Source: Prasinococcaceae sp. CCMP 1430 (taxonomy: Eukaryota > Plantae > Prasinodermophyta). Taken from it: a stretch of 64,000 nucleotides of DNA. The position numbers and the translations under genes were made by a program. The notes beneath the pieces were generated by a model. The model worked only from the letters and a program-made list of their open reading frames with translations. It ran no database searches and had not been told where the DNA came from. This document shows positions 61,708 to 64,000 of the stretch, in pieces; within the stretch, counting starts at the first letter, position 1, and each line of letters begins with the position of its first letter. Where the stretch lies: the NCBI GenBank assembly GCA_013416795.1, contig RQSC01000027.1, positions 457,911-521,910 of the forward strand, in the 5' to 3' direction.

Positions 61708-63000
61708 ATGGCGAACCACTCGATGGACCCCACCAAGTTCAAGAAGGACATGGGCGCGCTCGCCTTTGGCTCGGCGCTCGGCGCGGCCGCGCGCGACTAC
61801 AAGGCGGTGCGTGGCGCGGCGCGGCGGGCGTCGCGCGGGAGCGTCGCGCGTGGTGGCTGTGGCGCTGCGATGTCGGGACTTGCCACGCGCTGGGGCGCGG
61901 CCGGGCCTGGCAAGCGCCATGTGCGGCCGCTGGCGAGCCAGGCCACAGCTGCAGTCGCGCGCCTCGCCTCGGCGGATGCCGCGGCCGGGCATCGAGCGCG
62001 AGCACCTGCGCGTGGGCATGGCACGTGCCGTGGCAGCGCTGCCTTCCTGCGCCAGTGGCGACCGACGCCTGCGCACCGGAGAGCGAGCGCGCGTCTCCGC
62101 CCGCACACGATGCGCGTCCGCTGACGCGCGAACGCTGCCTGTCGCGTGTACGCGCGCTTTTTCGCGATTGCAGCAAATGGAGGCCGAGGAGAACGCGCAA
62201 GCGTATGTCAAGGCGTACCAGCAGGTGGCTATCGACGAGGAGCTCGGAGACGTACGTGCGCGCAGAGCAGCCACGCTTGCGAGCGCCGTACAAAAGAGCG
62301 CACGCGCCGCGACGGTGGCGCGCTGCGCCACCTGTTTGGCGTCAGCATGCGCCCCCATGTGCAGCGCGGCGCGGCGCGAGGCGCGACGCTGCGCCGAGCT
62401 GACGGCAGCTTTCGCCACGCACCCTCGCGCGCACGCGCCCTCGCGCAGGAGGAGGCCCTCGAGAAGCTGCAGGAGCGCCGCATGAAGGAGATGCGTGCCG
62501 AGCACGAGCAGAAGCAGGAGATGGCGCGCAAGGGCCACGGCGAGTACCGCATGATCGAGGAGGCCGACTTCATCAACGAGGTGACCAGCAGCGAGCGTTG
62601 CATCATGCACTTCTGGCACCCCGAGTTTCAGCGCAGCAAGATCATGGACAAACACTTGGGCATCCTCTGCAAGCAGTACTTCGACACCAAATTCATGAAG
62701 ATTGACGCTGAGAAGGCGGCGTTCTTCGTGGCGAAGCTGAACATCAAGATGCTCCCGGCGGTGGTGTTCTTCCGCGACGGCGTGGCCTTTGACCGCGTGG
62801 TCGGCTTCGAGGAGCTCGGCGAGCGCGACGACTTCCCCACCAGCATGCTCGAGGAGCGCATGCTGGCGACCGGCGCCATCAAAAACAAGGTCGTCGTCCA
62901 GGTGGACGACGACGACGAGCCCGATTCGCGAAGGGACCGCAAGGTGTACGGCTCCATTCCATACGAGAGCGGAGACGAGTCGAGCGACTTCTCCGACTGA
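61708..63000 (+). CDS. TXNDC9: Phosducin-like thioredoxin-fold protein (TXNDC9/PLP3-like), three exons
   Basis: Exons 61708-61806, 62174-62251 and 62449-63000, with two phase-0 GT-AG introns. Motifs KGHGEYRMIEEADF, MHFWHPEFQRSKIMDKHL, TKFMKIDAEKAAFFVAKLNIKMLP and DRVVGFEELGERDDF. Confidence 0.9.
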
Positions 63001-64000
63001 GCGGCGCGTCGCCCGCCGCGAGGAGTGGGCGCACACACCCGGCGGCCGTGCACCGGCGCGCGCATTATCTAATATCTGTAGACACACACGCGCACGCAAA
63101 CACACACCTGCGCTGCTGCTGCCCGCTGGCGCGTGCCCTCCGCACCGCCGCGCCGCATGCTGCCGCGGCAGCCGCCGCCGTTGGCCGGCGATGGCGCACC
63201 GCACCGCACCGCACCGCACCACGCCCCCGCCGGGCCCCCTCCGCGCGCAGTTTCGGTGTCCTCGTCAGTAATTGAGGTTTCGTCAGCGACGAACAAAGGT
63301 TCTAACTTTATTGTCAAAACGCATTCGATCTGGCGCGGATTGGCCGATTCGTCATCAAAGTGCAGGCACCTTCTCCTTCACCCCCCCCCCCACACACGCA
63401 CACACAACTCCCACACAACTGCGCGCGCCAGCGCACCCGCGTACACACCCACGCGCAGACAGGCTCTCCCTCTCTCTCTCGCCCTGCTCTTCCCCTCTCT
63501 GGCCCCCTCGCGCTCGCTCGCCGTCGCTCGCGCGCGCCCCGCCGGCCGCGAGGTCGCGGAATTGTTTCGCGCGACTCCGCCGGCCGGCGGATCGGGTTCC
63601 GCGCGCGCCGCGGCCCGCGCGCGCGCGCGTTCCGCATTTCGATTCGTCGTTCCGCGATTCTTGTGGGATTTGACCTGCCATCAAAGTACAATAAACCCGC
63701 GCGAGGTTCGATGGACTTTGACCCATCCGACGGTAGTGCATTTCGGGGCGCGTTGTTGCCGCGACGCGCGCGCGCGCGCGCGCGCGCGGGGCAACGGATG
63801 GCAGACGGGCGCCCGCCGGGACCTGCTGCACCTGCTGCTGTCCACACGCACGATCAAGCTCAATCCCGGCCCTCCCGGCGAAACGCACGTCAAAACGAAT
63901 GCGTTTTCGCCGCCCCGGTCGCGGGCCGCGCACCCGAATGCGCGCGCCGCCGCGCGCAGCGGAACCCAAGAATGGAATCCGATGAAAAGCGAAAAGATTG

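Noticed and set aside
63001-64000. ORFs in the final kilobase
   Set aside because: They are low-complexity Arg/Ala/Pro translations over microsatellites and (CG)n tracts. The region looks like a 3' UTR plus the promoter of a gene outside the window.
1-64000. rRNA, tRNA or other structured RNA genes
   Set aside because: No recognisable conserved rRNA segments or tRNA cloverleaf or T-loop signatures were seen by eye. A covariance-model scan would be needed to exclude small RNAs.

Overview
This window is eukaryotic nuclear DNA, not prokaryotic. It is GC-rich and gene-dense, with short GT-AG introns (mostly GTGCG/GTACG/GTGAG donors and a GCTGAC-like branch point), tightly convergent 3' ends and AT-rich or (CG)n-rich promoter islands. 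Plastid genes (plastid-type PDH E2, LPA3, FAX-like, LysM/M23) and intron style point to a green alga, most plausibly prasinophyte-grade; that is inference. About 25 protein-coding loci are supported: a long coiled-coil protein, a beta-lactamase-like/thioesterase fusion, a 5'-truncated PDH E2, an RFTS-DDT chromatin protein, dCMP deaminase, a coiled-coil protein, a trypsin-like protease, an amidohydrolase, an ICE2/NARG2-like protein, SF3A1, LPA3, FAX/TMEM14, NUP50, NAE1/AXR1, GPAA1, RPAP1, a Tudor/AT-hook protein, a GcvH-like protein, a cysteine synthase-PLP decarboxylase fusion, RPL39, an integrase-repeat protein, a LisH/polyQ protein, a BFR1/PPI-like C2 protein, a LysM-M23 peptidase, a LysM-TM protein and a phosducin-like protein. 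There are two assembly gaps (47043-47792 and 57442-57899). No rRNA, tRNA or CRISPR array was seen. The most notable items are a tail-to-tail pair of LysM genes suggesting plastid peptidoglycan remodelling, a doubly degenerate beta-lactamase/thioesterase fusion, the CS/PLP-decarboxylase fusion beside a lipoyl-less GcvH-like gene, a 5'-truncated bacterial-looking membrane gene, and a headless E2. All domain calls come from recognising motifs by eye; no searches were run.
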